Source of the DNA: a virus
Strand: one strand, 5' to 3'
DNA: 23,753 bases
Virus genome (UHGV): UHGV-0105281
Shown here: positions 1 to 7,793 of the stretch, piece after piece
How the letters are laid out: the number at the start of each line of letters is the position of its first letter
How positions within the stretch are numbered: position 1 is the stretch's first letter
Translations under genes and position numbers: made by a program
The notes under the pieces: generated by a model
What the model was told of the DNA's origin: nothing
The model's input: only the letters and a program-made list of their open reading frames with translations
Databases searched by the model: none

Positions 1-95
1 CAATCCCAAAAGAATCTGACGTAAAAACCTTCAACTACACGGCTCACCTGTGGGATATCCGGTGGCTAAGACATCGTGCGAGGAATACAAGGTGA
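1..95 (+). CDS. ninE: NinE-like protein, 3' end (5' end lies outside the window)
   Basis: Frame 3 translates to ...[30 protein letters not shown], which matches my recollection of the lambda NinE C-terminus; stop TGA at 93-95. Confidence 0.55.
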
Positions 96-262
96 TTGAC
101 CAAAATCGAAGTTACGAACAAGAAAGTGTCGAGCGAGCTTTAACGTGCGCTAACTGCGGTCAGAAGCTGCATGTGCTGGAAGTTCACGTGTGTGAGCACT
201 GCTGCGCAGAACTGATGAGCGATCCGAATAGCTCAATGTACGAGGAAGAAGACGATGAATGA
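92..262 (+). CDS. ninF: NinF-like small zinc-ribbon protein
   Basis: CANCGQ...CEHCC four-Cys motif and acidic C-terminus resembling lambda NinF. No in-frame ATG near the 5' end; GTG at 92 overlaps the NinE stop (GTGA coupling). The ORF track uses a GTG at 50, which would overlap NinE by 46 nt. Confidence 0.55.
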
Positions 263-977
263 GTTAATAAATGGCAATGCCATCAAAATGACAAGCATTG
301 AAATCGCTGAGTTGGTGGGTAAGCGTCATGACAATGTGAAACGTACCATCGAAACGCTGGCTAAAAATGGTGTTATCCGGCTTCCTCAAATTGAGGTTTC
401 CGAAAGAATCAATAACTTAGGGTTCAATGTTCAGTACGAGCATTACGTCTTCGAGGGCGAACAAGGTAAGCGAGACAGTATTGTCGTTGTTGCCCAGTTG
501 TCGCCAGAGTTCACCGCTCGTCTTGTTGACCGTTGGCGAGAGCTTGAAGAAACTGCGGTTAATATCCCCAAAACGCTACCAGAAGCATTGCGCCTTGCTG
601 CTGATCTTGCTGAGCAGAAAATGCAACTGGAAAACCAGCTCGCAATTGCCGCACCTAAAGTTGAGTTTGCCGATCGCGTTGGCGAGGCCAGTGGAATTTT
701 GATTGGAAACTTTGCAAAGGTTGTTGGTATTGGTCCGAACAAACTGTTTGCGTGGATGCGCGATCACAAAATCCTTATTGCTTCAGGTTCCCGGCGCAAT
801 GTGCCAATGCAGGAATATATGGATCGCGGCTATTTCGCAGTGAAAGAAACAGCGGTCAACACAAATCACGGAATACAGATATCGTTCACCACAAAAATCA
901 CCGGGCGTGGTCAACAGTGGCTGACCAGAAAGCTGCTCGATAACGGAATGCTGAAAGTAACAGGGGAGGCTGCTTAA
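255..977 (+). CDS. Phage antirepressor-like protein (Rha/pRha-type N-terminal domain plus KilA-C-type C-terminal domain)
   Basis: 240-aa ORF; N-terminal motif TSIEIAELVGKRHDNVKRTIETL is typical of the Rha/AntA family and the C-terminal half resembles KilA-C. GAGGA RBS 8 nt upstream of ATG 255. Confidence 0.75.
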   Translation: MNELINGNAIKMTSIEIAELVGKRHDNVKRTIETLAKNGVIRLPQIEVSERINNLGFNVQYEHYVFEGEQGKRDSIVVVAQLSPEFTARLVDRWRELEETAVNIPKTLPEALRLAADLAEQKMQLENQLAIAAPKVEFADRVGEASGILIGNFAKVVGIGPNKLFAWMRDHKILIASGSRRNVPMQEYMDRGYFAVKETAVNTNHGIQISFTTKITGRGQQWLTRKLLDNGMLKVTGEAA

Positions 978-1267
978 TGGCTAACCTACGCAAAGAAGCG
1001 CGCGGCAGAGAATGCCAGGTACGTATTTACGGCGTATGCAATGGTAATCCTGAAACTACAGTTCTGGCACATTACCGGATGGCTGGAATTTGCGGAACTG
1101 GAATGAAGCCTGACGACCTGATCGGCGCATGGGCTTGTAGCGCGTGTCACGATGAAATCGACCGACGCACAATGATTCTCGACAACAAAGACGCCAGACT
1201 TTACCACCTCGAAGGCGTGATCAGGACGCAGGCGATACTGCTGAAGGAGGGGAAGATTAAGCCATGA
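977..1267 (+). CDS. DUF1364 (YbcO-like) nin-region protein, putative nuclease
   Basis: 96-aa Cys/His-rich protein in the conserved position between nin genes and rusA; TAATG overlap with the upstream gene. Confidence 0.65.
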   Translation: MANLRKEARGRECQVRIYGVCNGNPETTVLAHYRMAGICGTGMKPDDLIGAWACSACHDEIDRRTMILDNKDARLYHLEGVIRTQAILLKEGKIKP

Positions 1268-1626
1268 ACGAATATCAGTTTGTGCTTCCATACCCGCCGT
1301 CGGTGAACACCTACTGGCGAAGACGGGGAAGCCAATACTACATCAGCGATAAAGGCCAGAAATACCGAAAAGACGTTCAGCAAATCATCCGCCAACTCAA
1401 GTTAGACATTTTCACCAAATCACGACTCCGCATCAAAGTCATCGCAGACGTTCCAGACTCCCGCCGCCGCGACCTCGATAACATCCTGAAAGGTTTACTC
1501 GATTCCCTTATCCACGCCGGATTTGCGGAAGACGACGAGCAATTCGATGACATTCGCGTAATTCGTGGTGTGAAAGTACCAGGCGGACGGCTTGGAATAA
1601 AAATCACCGAACTGGAGAACGCATGA
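1264..1626 (+). CDS. rusA: RusA Holliday-junction resolvase
   Basis: 120 aa; MNEYQFVLPYPPSVNTYW... and acidic catalytic region (DLDNILKGLLDSL) are typical of RusA; ATGA overlap with the upstream gene. Confidence 0.85.
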   Translation: MNEYQFVLPYPPSVNTYWRRRGSQYYISDKGQKYRKDVQQIIRQLKLDIFTKSRLRIKVIADVPDSRRRDLDNILKGLLDSLIHAGFAEDDEQFDDIRVIRGVKVPGGRLGIKITELENA

Positions 1627-1811
1627 ACGCCACAATTCAAACGATACCAGAGCTTCTTATCCAGACACGAGGCAATCAGACCGAAGTGGCTAGGATGCTT
1701 TCCTGCGCAAGAGGAACAGTGCTCAAGTACAACCGAGACAGCAAAGGCGATCGTCACGTAATAGTTAACGGCGTCCTGATGGTCAAACAGGGAAAGAGGG
1801 GAAGACGATGA
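1623..1811 (+). CDS. ninH: NinH-like protein
   Basis: 62 aa; ...GNQTEVARMLSCARGTVLKYNRD...VIVNGVLMV resembles lambda NinH; sits immediately upstream of the Q-like gene. Confidence 0.65.
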   Translation: MNATIQTIPELLIQTRGNQTEVARMLSCARGTVLKYNRDSKGDRHVIVNGVLMVKQGKRGRR

Positions 1812-2326
1812 GCATAAGAGAACTAAACCTCACCAAAGAACAGCATGAGTGGCTGAATGGCTGGCTTGAACTGTGGGGCGCATGGGTTTATTCAGGTCGT
1901 CTGGAAAAGCGCATGAGCAGCGTAATAGCGAAGTTCATGGAGAGCGTAGAGCCGGGAAGAGTTATGACAAGGCCAATGTGTAATGATGATGATGGAATGT
2001 TGATTTCTCAGGTCGTCGATTCCGTCATGTACATTGACAAGAAAGCCTTTGGCATCCTCCTCAGCTACTACGCTCATGGTTCATCTAAGCGAGCAATTGC
2101 ATCCTACTATCACGCGACTGCAAAGCCACGCAAGATGTGTGGACGTGGTGGCGAGGGATGGAGAAAACCTTCACTGGCAACCTGTAGAAACGAAATTGAC
2201 GACATCCTGAAAGCGTCATTATTTGTTTTGTACCAACCAATGCAAAATGCTTTCAAAATGCGTAAACGTGTTGAGAAAGTTAAGCATGTTGCTGTTAAAA
2301 ACCTTGACATGCAATTAGCCATTTAG
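1808..2326 (+). CDS. Late-gene antiterminator Q (non-lambda Q family)
   Basis: 172-aa Cys-containing ORF directly after ninH and directly before a promoter, terminator, tRNAs and the lysis cassette. Called mainly from position; not lambda Q. Confidence 0.6.
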   Translation: MSIRELNLTKEQHEWLNGWLELWGAWVYSGRLEKRMSSVIAKFMESVEPGRVMTRPMCNDDDGMLISQVVDSVMYIDKKAFGILLSYYAHGSSKRAIASYYHATAKPRKMCGRGGEGWRKPSLATCRNEIDDILKASLFVLYQPMQNAFKMRKRVEKVKHVAVKNLDMQLAI

Positions 2327-2333
2327 CCATAAT
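2304..2333 (+). promoter_or_regulatory. PR'-like late promoter (TTGACA, 18-bp spacer, CATAAT) at the 3' end of the Q gene
   Basis: Consensus -35 TTGACA at 2304-2309 and -10 CATAAT at 2328-2333, directly read from the sequence. Confidence 0.4.
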
Positions 2334-2343
2334 TAGAGGGTAA

Positions 2344-2387
2344 GCTGCCGTTAGTGACTCTTAAGTTGCAACGGTGGCTTTTTTTAT
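2344..2387 (+). terminator. tR'-like intrinsic terminator just downstream of the late promoter
   Basis: Inverted repeat gctgccgtt...aacggtggc followed by a T-run (ttttttta). Confidence 0.5.
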
Positions 2388-2389
2388 TT

Positions 2390-2464
2390 GGGTCAGTCGT
2401 ATAAAGGTCATTACGGAAGGCTGTTAACCTTCTTATCGTGGTTCGAGTCCACGCTGTCCCGCCA
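2390..2464 (+). tRNA. tRNA-Asn(GUU)-like, with a degenerate D-arm
   Basis: Perfect anticodon arm gaagg-ctGTTaa-ccttc, perfect T-arm cgtgg-ttcgagt-ccacg, 7-bp acceptor stem with one T-T mismatch, encoded CCA; the D-arm is only about 3 bp. Confidence 0.5.
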
Positions 2465-2469
2465 AATAT

Positions 2470-2545
2470 GCTGGTTTAGCTCCAATGGTAGAGCAGTCGC
2501 CTTGTAAGCGAATGGGTAGCGGTTCAAGTCCGTTAACCAGCACCA
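2470..2545 (+). tRNA. tRNA-Thr(UGU)
   Basis: Hand-folded cloverleaf: acceptor gctggtt/aaccagc, D-arm gctc-caatggta-gagc, anticodon loop cTTGTAa, T-arm agcgg-ttcaagt-ccgtt, encoded CCA. Confidence 0.75.
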
Positions 2546-2789
2546 TAACTGAGCCGTAGCCACTGGCTATCCTGAATTCATCAGTGATAGTTACGCTGCG
2601 GCCTTCTACACATGACCTTCGTGAAAGCGGGTGGCATGAGGTTGCGCTAACAACCTCCTGCCGTTTTGCCCGTGCATATCGGTCACGAACAAATCTGATT
2701 ACTAAACACAGTAGCCTGGATTTGTTCTATCAGTAATCGACCTTATTCCTAATTAAATAGAGCAAATCCCCTCAATGAAGGGGTAGAGC

Positions 2790-2993
2790 ATGTACCGTAT
2801 GGACAAAATCAGAGAATGGTTCAGTTACAGCTTCGGAGGACTGACTGCGATGGGTGGCATTCTCTCCCTGAATGACTGGGCTGTCATCATTGGTATTCTT
2901 TGTACTGTCGGCACATTTGGCATCAACTGGTACTACAAGCGCAAAGAGCGCGAGGACAGATTGAATGGCAATGTCACCGGCACTACGAAATAG
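2790..2993 (+). CDS. Class II holin/pinholin (phage 21 S-like) with dual-start motif
   Basis: 67 aa; N-terminus MYRMDKI gives two starts (Met1, Met4) with an intervening Arg; two hydrophobic TM segments and a charged C-terminus; lies immediately upstream of a SAR endolysin. Confidence 0.8.
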   Translation: MYRMDKIREWFSYSFGGLTAMGGILSLNDWAVIIGILCTVGTFGINWYYKRKEREDRLNGNVTGTTK

Positions 2994-3468
2994 CGTAATA
3001 GCGGCGATAAGTGGCGGGGCTATTGCTATAGCATCTGTGTTAATCACTGGACCAAGTGGTAACGATGGCCTGGAAGGTGTCAGCTACATACCATACAAAG
3101 ATATTGTTGGTGTATGGACTGTATGCCACGGACACACCGGAAAAGACATCATGCTCGGTAAAACGTATACCAAAGCAGAATGCAAAGCCCTCCTGAATAA
3201 AGACCTTGCCACGGTCGCCAGACAAATTAACCCGTACATCAAAGTCGATATACCGGAAACAATGCGCGGCGCTCTTTACTCATTCGTTTACAACGTGGGT
3301 GCTGGCAATTTCAGAACATCGACGCTTCTTCGCAAAATAAACCAGGGCGATATCAAAGGCGCATGTGATCAGCTACGTCGCTGGACATATGCTGGCGGTA
3401 AGCAATGGAAAGGTCTCATGACTCGTCGTGAGATTGAGCGTGAAGTCTGTTTGTGGGGGAAACAATGA
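2965..3468 (+). CDS. SAR endolysin (T4-type lysozyme with N-terminal signal-anchor-release domain, phage 21 R-like)
   Basis: N-terminal Gly/Ala-rich weakly hydrophobic segment ([16 protein letters not shown]) followed by a lysozyme-like domain; near-identical to my recollection of phage 21 R. Alternative start at ATG 2971. Confidence 0.9.
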   Translation: MAMSPALRNSVIAAISGGAIAIASVLITGPSGNDGLEGVSYIPYKDIVGVWTVCHGHTGKDIMLGKTYTKAECKALLNKDLATVARQINPYIKVDIPETMRGALYSFVYNVGAGNFRTSTLLRKINQGDIKGACDQLRRWTYAGGKQWKGLMTRREIEREVCLWGKQ

Positions 3469-3932
3469 GCAGAGTAACCGCGATTATCTCCGCTCTGGTT
3501 ATCTGCATCATCGTCTGTCTGTCATGGGCTGTTAATCATTACCGTGATAACGCCATCGCCTACAAAGAACAGCGTGATAAAAAAGTCAGTGAGCTGAAGC
3601 AGGCGACCGCCACCATTACTGACATGCAGCAACGCCAGCGTGCTGCTGATGTACTCGATGCAAAATACACGAAGGAGTTAGCTGATGCGAAAGCTGAAAA
3701 TGATGCTCTTCTGCGGAAGCTTGATAATGGTGGCAGGGTGCTCGTCAAAGGAAAATGCCCTGTGCCATCCTCTGCCGAAACCTCCAGCGCCTCCGGCATG
3801 GGCAATGATGCCACCGTCGAACTCTCTCCAGTTGCTGGACGAAACGTTCTCGGTATCCGGGACGGAATTATCCGCGACCAAACAGCATTGAGAACGCTTC
3901 AGGAATACATCAGGACGCAATGCCTTCGATGA
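3465..3932 (+). CDS. Rz i-spanin
   Basis: N-terminal TM segment followed by a charged coiled-coil region; ATG 3465 overlaps the endolysin stop (ATGA). The ORF track start at 3453 is a GTG. Confidence 0.85.
   Translation: MSRVTAIISALVICIIVCLSWAVNHYRDNAIAYKEQRDKKVSELKQATATITDMQQRQRAADVLDAKYTKELADAKAENDALLRKLDNGGRVLVKGKCPVPSSAETSSASGMGNDATVELSPVAGRNVLGIRDGIIRDQTALRTLQEYIRTQCLR
3685..3891 (+). CDS. Rz1 o-spanin lipoprotein, embedded in the +1 frame of Rz
   Basis: [19 protein letters not shown] signal peptide with lipobox and a Pro-rich mature region ([11 protein letters not shown]); AGGAG RBS 7 nt upstream. Confidence 0.8.
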   Translation: MRKLKMMLFCGSLIMVAGCSSKENALCHPLPKPPAPPAWAMMPPSNSLQLLDETFSVSGTELSATKQH

Positions 3933-4106
3933 TAGCGATAATTTTACTCATCATCCTTCACATCTGGCTCTGTAGACAGGGTGGTGCTCACTTCTGGAGT
4001 GAATCCAGATTAAACATCTCATTGCTGATGCTTGATATTGAGCATCTGGCGCGCAGTAAGGGGCTGCGTTGAGATAAGAGCCAGTTCATTACAAATACCA
4101 GGATTT

Positions 4107-4133
4107 AGCCTCGCATTTGCGGGGCTTTTTTAT
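4107..4133 (+). terminator. Rho-independent terminator downstream of the lysis cassette
   Basis: agcctcgc-attt-gcggggct hairpin followed by ttttttat. Confidence 0.6.
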
Positions 4134-4275
4134 ATCTGAATTTCACAGCGCATCTCACGCGCATATTAACGAGAGCCTTTCAGTAAGCGAGCCTGAGAAA
4201 TGCCGTTATAGGTGGCGACCTCTCTCGGGCGGCTTTTCTGTGAGACAGGCTCACTTTCTAAAAGGTAAAGACGCT

Positions 4276-4794
4276 ATGAATCATCAATTGGCTAATCTCG
4301 ATTTCCGGGACATGGTGGTTGTTTCTGGTGATCGCGTGATCACAACCTCCCGCAAGGTAGCAGCTTACTTCGACAAGCAGCATCACCACATCATTCAGAA
4401 AATCGAAAAGCTAGACTGTTCGGATGAATTTCTAACCAGCAACTTTTCGCGGGTTACCTATGAACACAAGGGTAATCAGTATGTTGAATATGAAATTTCC
4501 AAAGACGGTGCGATGTACATCATCATGTCGTTTACCGGCAAAAAAGCTGCCGCCATCAAAGAGGCGTTTATCAAAGCATTTAATTGGATGCGTGACAGGC
4601 TGATGGAGATGGCTCACTCATACCAAAGAGAGCACAACGAGTTAATGCTGGAGTTCATGAAGGAAAAGGATGTTGCCAGTATGTCAGGACGCTTGCTGAA
4701 CCGCTGGGGCAGGATCAAAAAACCGCAACTCATAGCAAGAATCGAAAGGCTTGAGCAGCAGGCGCAAATATCGATCCCCGGACTGCCAAAGTGA
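4276..4794 (+). CDS. rha: Rha-family phage regulatory protein
   Basis: MNHQLANLDFRDMVVVSGDRVITTSRKVAAYFDKQHHHIIQKIEKL is a typical pRha N-terminal domain. The ORF-track start at 4117 lies inside the upstream terminator, so ATG 4276 is preferred. Confidence 0.75.
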   Translation: MNHQLANLDFRDMVVVSGDRVITTSRKVAAYFDKQHHHIIQKIEKLDCSDEFLTSNFSRVTYEHKGNQYVEYEISKDGAMYIIMSFTGKKAAAIKEAFIKAFNWMRDRLMEMAHSYQREHNELMLEFMKEKDVASMSGRLLNRWGRIKKPQLIARIERLEQQAQISIPGLPK

Positions 4795-5077
4795 CCATTC
4801 CAAAGCCCATCTACGGGTGGGCTTGATAATGAAACCGTGATTTACATCCCCACAATCCGGGTATGTAAAAGATAGTTCAGACAAGAACAGATTTAACTAA
4901 ATCTGTGCACCACCAGTTACGGCAGTACCGCGAAACAACCCAAGCCAGTAAGTGGGGAAATAACACTGGCAGCCACTGAAAGATGAACCTCCAGCCTTAT
5001 GGCAAAAAAGATTCTTTGTGGTGGCGGACTGATGGAAAGACATCCTAATCAAGCAACCACTCTACAGGGTCATAATT

Positions 5078-5449
5078 ATGAACGACCAGCAAATCGAAAA
5101 AGAAATCGTTGAGAAAGGCAAAACGGCACCGCGAATCACCCCGCAGCACATCGAAGACGTGATTAAAAGCGAGCATTGCTTCACCGCATACGATGGTATT
5201 GGCGGAGAGGGCGCTATGGCGACATACAAATCCGCGCTTGATTTAACCGAAAGTCAGGAAGCATTAAAGCTTCTTACATTCTGCGTCCTGGTGCTGCGCA
5301 ACGGCTTCACCGTCACCGGCGAAAGTGCCTGCGCCAGCCCGGAAAACTTCGACCCGGAGATCGGTCGCAAGATCGCCCGCGAAAATGCGGTGAATAAAAT
5401 CTGGATGCTGGAAGGTGACTTGCTGAAGCAGAAGTTAAGCGAACAGTAG
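5078..5449 (+). CDS. Gp49-like protein (N4 Gp49 / Sf6 gene 66 family)
   Basis: 123 aa; motif ...TFCVLVLRNGFTVTGESACASPENFDPEIGRKIARENAVNKIW is characteristic of this family as I recall it. Confidence 0.6.
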   Translation: MNDQQIEKEIVEKGKTAPRITPQHIEDVIKSEHCFTAYDGIGGEGAMATYKSALDLTESQEALKLLTFCVLVLRNGFTVTGESACASPENFDPEIGRKIARENAVNKIWMLEGDLLKQKLSEQ

Positions 5450-5552
5450 TTATTACAAAAGCCATTCCCTACAGAGTGGCTTTGATAATGGCTTATACCC
5501 TACACGGGATAACTTAACTGATATCCCTTTTAACGGATAAACGGAGCCAACA

Positions 5553-5795
5553 ATGGCAGAGATTATTCCCATGACTGAAGAACAGAAATTCCAGTTAGAG
5601 ATTTACAAACTGGTCATGAACCAGAACGCAGCCGCAGAAGAAGCATTTCAGTTCATTGGCACTGACGAGCTGAAGCTTGAGCTATTCAAAATTCACTTCC
5701 AGTCAGGCGGCGCTAATTCAGATATCACGACCCGCACTATCGAAGCGGTGCGTAAATCGAAGGAAGCGTTAGACCTGTTCACCACCGGAGCATGA
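5553..5795 (+). CDS. Hypothetical small acidic protein
   Basis: 80-aa ORF with a GGAG RBS and good coding periodicity; no family recognised. Confidence 0.5.
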   Translation: MAEIIPMTEEQKFQLEIYKLVMNQNAAAEEAFQFIGTDELKLELFKIHFQSGGANSDITTRTIEAVRKSKEALDLFTTGA

Positions 5796-5830
5796 TGCTC
5801 AACCTGAAATAACAACTAAGTGAGATGAAT

Positions 5831-6319
5831 ATGGCAGCACCAAAGGGCAACCGATTTTGGGAGGCCCGCAGTAGTCATGGGCGAAACCCTAAATTCGAAT
5901 CGCCTGAGGCGCTGTGGGCTGCTTGTTGTGAATACTTCGAGTGGGTAGAAGCTAACCCGCTATGGGAGATGAAGGCGTTCTCGTATCAGGGCGAAGTGAT
6001 ACAAGAGCCTATCGCCAAGATGCGAGCGATGACCATTACCGGCCTCACTCTGTTCATTGATGTGACGCTTGAAACGTGGCGCACATATCGCCTGCGAGAA
6101 GATTTATCTGAAGTCGTTACGCGAGCAGAACAGGTTATCTACGACCAGAAATTCTCTGGCGCAGCCGCTGACCTTCTCAACGCTAACATCATCGCCCGTG
6201 ATTTGGGCCTCAAAGAGCAGTCGCAAGTTGAAGACGTGACACCTGATAAGGGAGATCGCGATAAGCGACGCTCTCGTATCAAGGAGCTATTCAACCGTGG
6301 AACTGGACGCGATTCTTGA
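5831..6319 (+). CDS. Terminase small subunit (P22 gp3-type)
   Basis: [29 protein letters not shown]... matches my recollection of P22 gp3; starting at ATG 5831 gives 162 aa. The ORF track starts 6 nt upstream at 5825. Confidence 0.85.
   Translation: MAAPKGNRFWEARSSHGRNPKFESPEALWAACCEYFEWVEANPLWEMKAFSYQGEVIQEPIAKMRAMTITGLTLFIDVTLETWRTYRLREDLSEVVTRAEQVIYDQKFSGAAADLLNANIIARDLGLKEQSQVEDVTPDKGDRDKRRSRIKELFNRGTGRDS
6098..6119 (+). other. Candidate pac site (GAAGATTTATCTGAAGTCGTTA) inside terS
   Basis: This 22-bp sequence matches my recollection of the P22 pac site, which lies within gene 3. Confidence 0.45.
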
Positions 6320-7793
6320 TAACCTGAGCGACGAAGAGCAAATCGAATTGCTCGAGCTACTCGAAGAAGAAGAGAACTACCGGAACACACACCTGCTATA
6401 TGAATTTACGCCATACAGCAAACAGCGTGAGTTCATCGACGCCGGGCATGACTATCCAGAGCGCTGTTTTATGGCTGGTAACCAGCTTGGTAAGTCATTT
6501 ACTGGTGCTGCTGAAGTCGCGTTTCACCTTACCGGGCGTTATCCGGGCACAAAAGGCTATCCTGCTGATGGTAAATATGGCGGTGAGTGGAAAGGTAAGC
6601 GTTTCTATGAGCCTGTTGTCTTCTGGATTGGCGGCGAGACAAACGAGACGGTAACCAAAACGACTCAACGCATCCTGTGCGGTCGTATTGAAGAGAATGA
6701 TGAGCCGGGCTACGGTTCAATACCGAAAGAGGACATCATTAGCTGGAAGAAGTCTCCTTTCTTTCCGAACCTTGTTGATCATCTTCTGGTTAAGCATCAC
6801 ACGGCTGATGGCGTTGAAGATGGCATTTCAATCTGCTACTTCAAACCATACTCGCAAGGCCGCGCTCGCTGGCAGGGTGACACAATCCACGGCGTGTGGT
6901 TTGACGAAGAGCCACCATACAGCATTTATGGCGAAGGTCTTACCCGTACCAACAAATACGGGCAATTCTCAATTCTGACGTTTACCCCGCTGATGGGGAT
7001 GTCTGACGTTGTTACCAAGTTCCTGAAGAATCCCAGCAAGTCGCAGAAAGTGGTCAACATGACCATCTATGACGCTGAGCACTATACCGACGAGCAGAAA
7101 GAGCAAATCATCGCATCCTATCCTGAGCATGAGAGAGAGGCGCGTGCTCGCGGTATTCCTACGATGGGTAGTGGTCGAATCTTCCAGATACCGGAAGAGA
7201 CTATTAAGTGTCAGCCGTTCGAGTGTCCTGATCACTTCTACGTCATCAATGCAATGGACTTCGGATGGGATCACCCACAGGCACACATCCAGCTTTGGTG
7301 GGATAAAGACGAGGACGTGATTTATCTTTCTCGCGTCTGGAAGGCCAAACAGAAGAAGGCGACAGAGGCATGGAGTGCTGTTAAAGCATGGAGCAAAAAC
7401 ACCCCTACGGCTTGGCCTCATGACGGGCATCAGCACGAAAAGGGAGGCGGCGCTCAGCTCAAGGAACAATACGCCGACGCTGGGTTCGATATGTTGCCAG
7501 ATCATGCAACATGGCCTGATGGAGGTAATGCGGTCGAACCCGGGATAGCAGAGATACGCGACATGATGCTCGACGGTCGTTTCAAGGTATTTAACACCTG
7601 CGAGCCATTCTTTGAAGAGTTTCGCCTGTATCACCGCGATGAGAACGGGAAGATCGTCAAGCTAAATGACGACATCCTTTCTGCTGTTCGCTATGGCTAC
7701 ATGATGAGGCGTTTTGCAATACAGATGCGAGACATCAAAGATCCTAAAGAGATTGATTACTCAAGCTACAACATACCTTGCGGAGTTGGATGA
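6297..7793 (+). CDS. Terminase large subunit (P22 gp2-type)
   Basis: 498 aa; position and size fit P22 gp2; GTG start with AAGGAG RBS, overlapping the terS 3' end. Confidence 0.9.
   Translation: MELDAILDNLSDEEQIELLELLEEEENYRNTHLLYEFTPYSKQREFIDAGHDYPERCFMAGNQLGKSFTGAAEVAFHLTGRYPGTKGYPADGKYGGEWKGKRFYEPVVFWIGGETNETVTKTTQRILCGRIEENDEPGYGSIPKEDIISWKKSPFFPNLVDHLLVKHHTADGVEDGISICYFKPYSQGRARWQGDTIHGVWFDEEPPYSIYGEGLTRTNKYGQFSILTFTPLMGMSDVVTKFLKNPSKSQKVVNMTIYDAEHYTDEQKEQIIASYPEHEREARARGIPTMGSGRIFQIPEETIKCQPFECPDHFYVINAMDFGWDHPQAHIQLWWDKDEDVIYLSRVWKAKQKKATEAWSAVKAWSKNTPTAWPHDGHQHEKGGGAQLKEQYADAGFDMLPDHATWPDGGNAVEPGIAEIRDMMLDGRFKVFNTCEPFFEEFRLYHRDENGKIVKLNDDILSAVRYGYMMRRFAIQMRDIKDPKEIDYSSYNIPCGVG

Noticed and set aside
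427-943. Several alternative-frame ORFs (91, 99, 63, 63 aa) overlapping the Ant-like gene at 255-977
   Set aside because: All are nested within a gene that has clear family resemblance; no independent support.
2546-2700. Possible third tRNA or tRNA remnant downstream of tRNA-Thr
   Set aside because: No cloverleaf could be folded (no T-loop GTTC-type motif or matching acceptor stem). Only a hairpin GAGGTTG-cgctaa-CAACCTC at 2639-2658 is present, which may be a weak terminator.
4117-4275. 5' extension of the Rha ORF given by the ORF track (start 4117)
   Set aside because: The extension begins inside the T-run of the terminator at 4107-4133 and has no RBS; ATG 4276 gives a canonical Rha N-terminus.
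4998-5111. Small ORF (about 37 aa, MAKKILCGGG...) upstream of and overlapping the Gp49-like gene
   Set aside because: No Shine-Dalgarno, overlaps the Gp49-like start in another frame, and its translation is low-complexity.
6969-7634. 221-aa antisense ORF inside the terminase large subunit gene
   Set aside because: It lies entirely within and opposite to a well-supported gene, with no RBS or recognisable domain; most likely a chance open frame.
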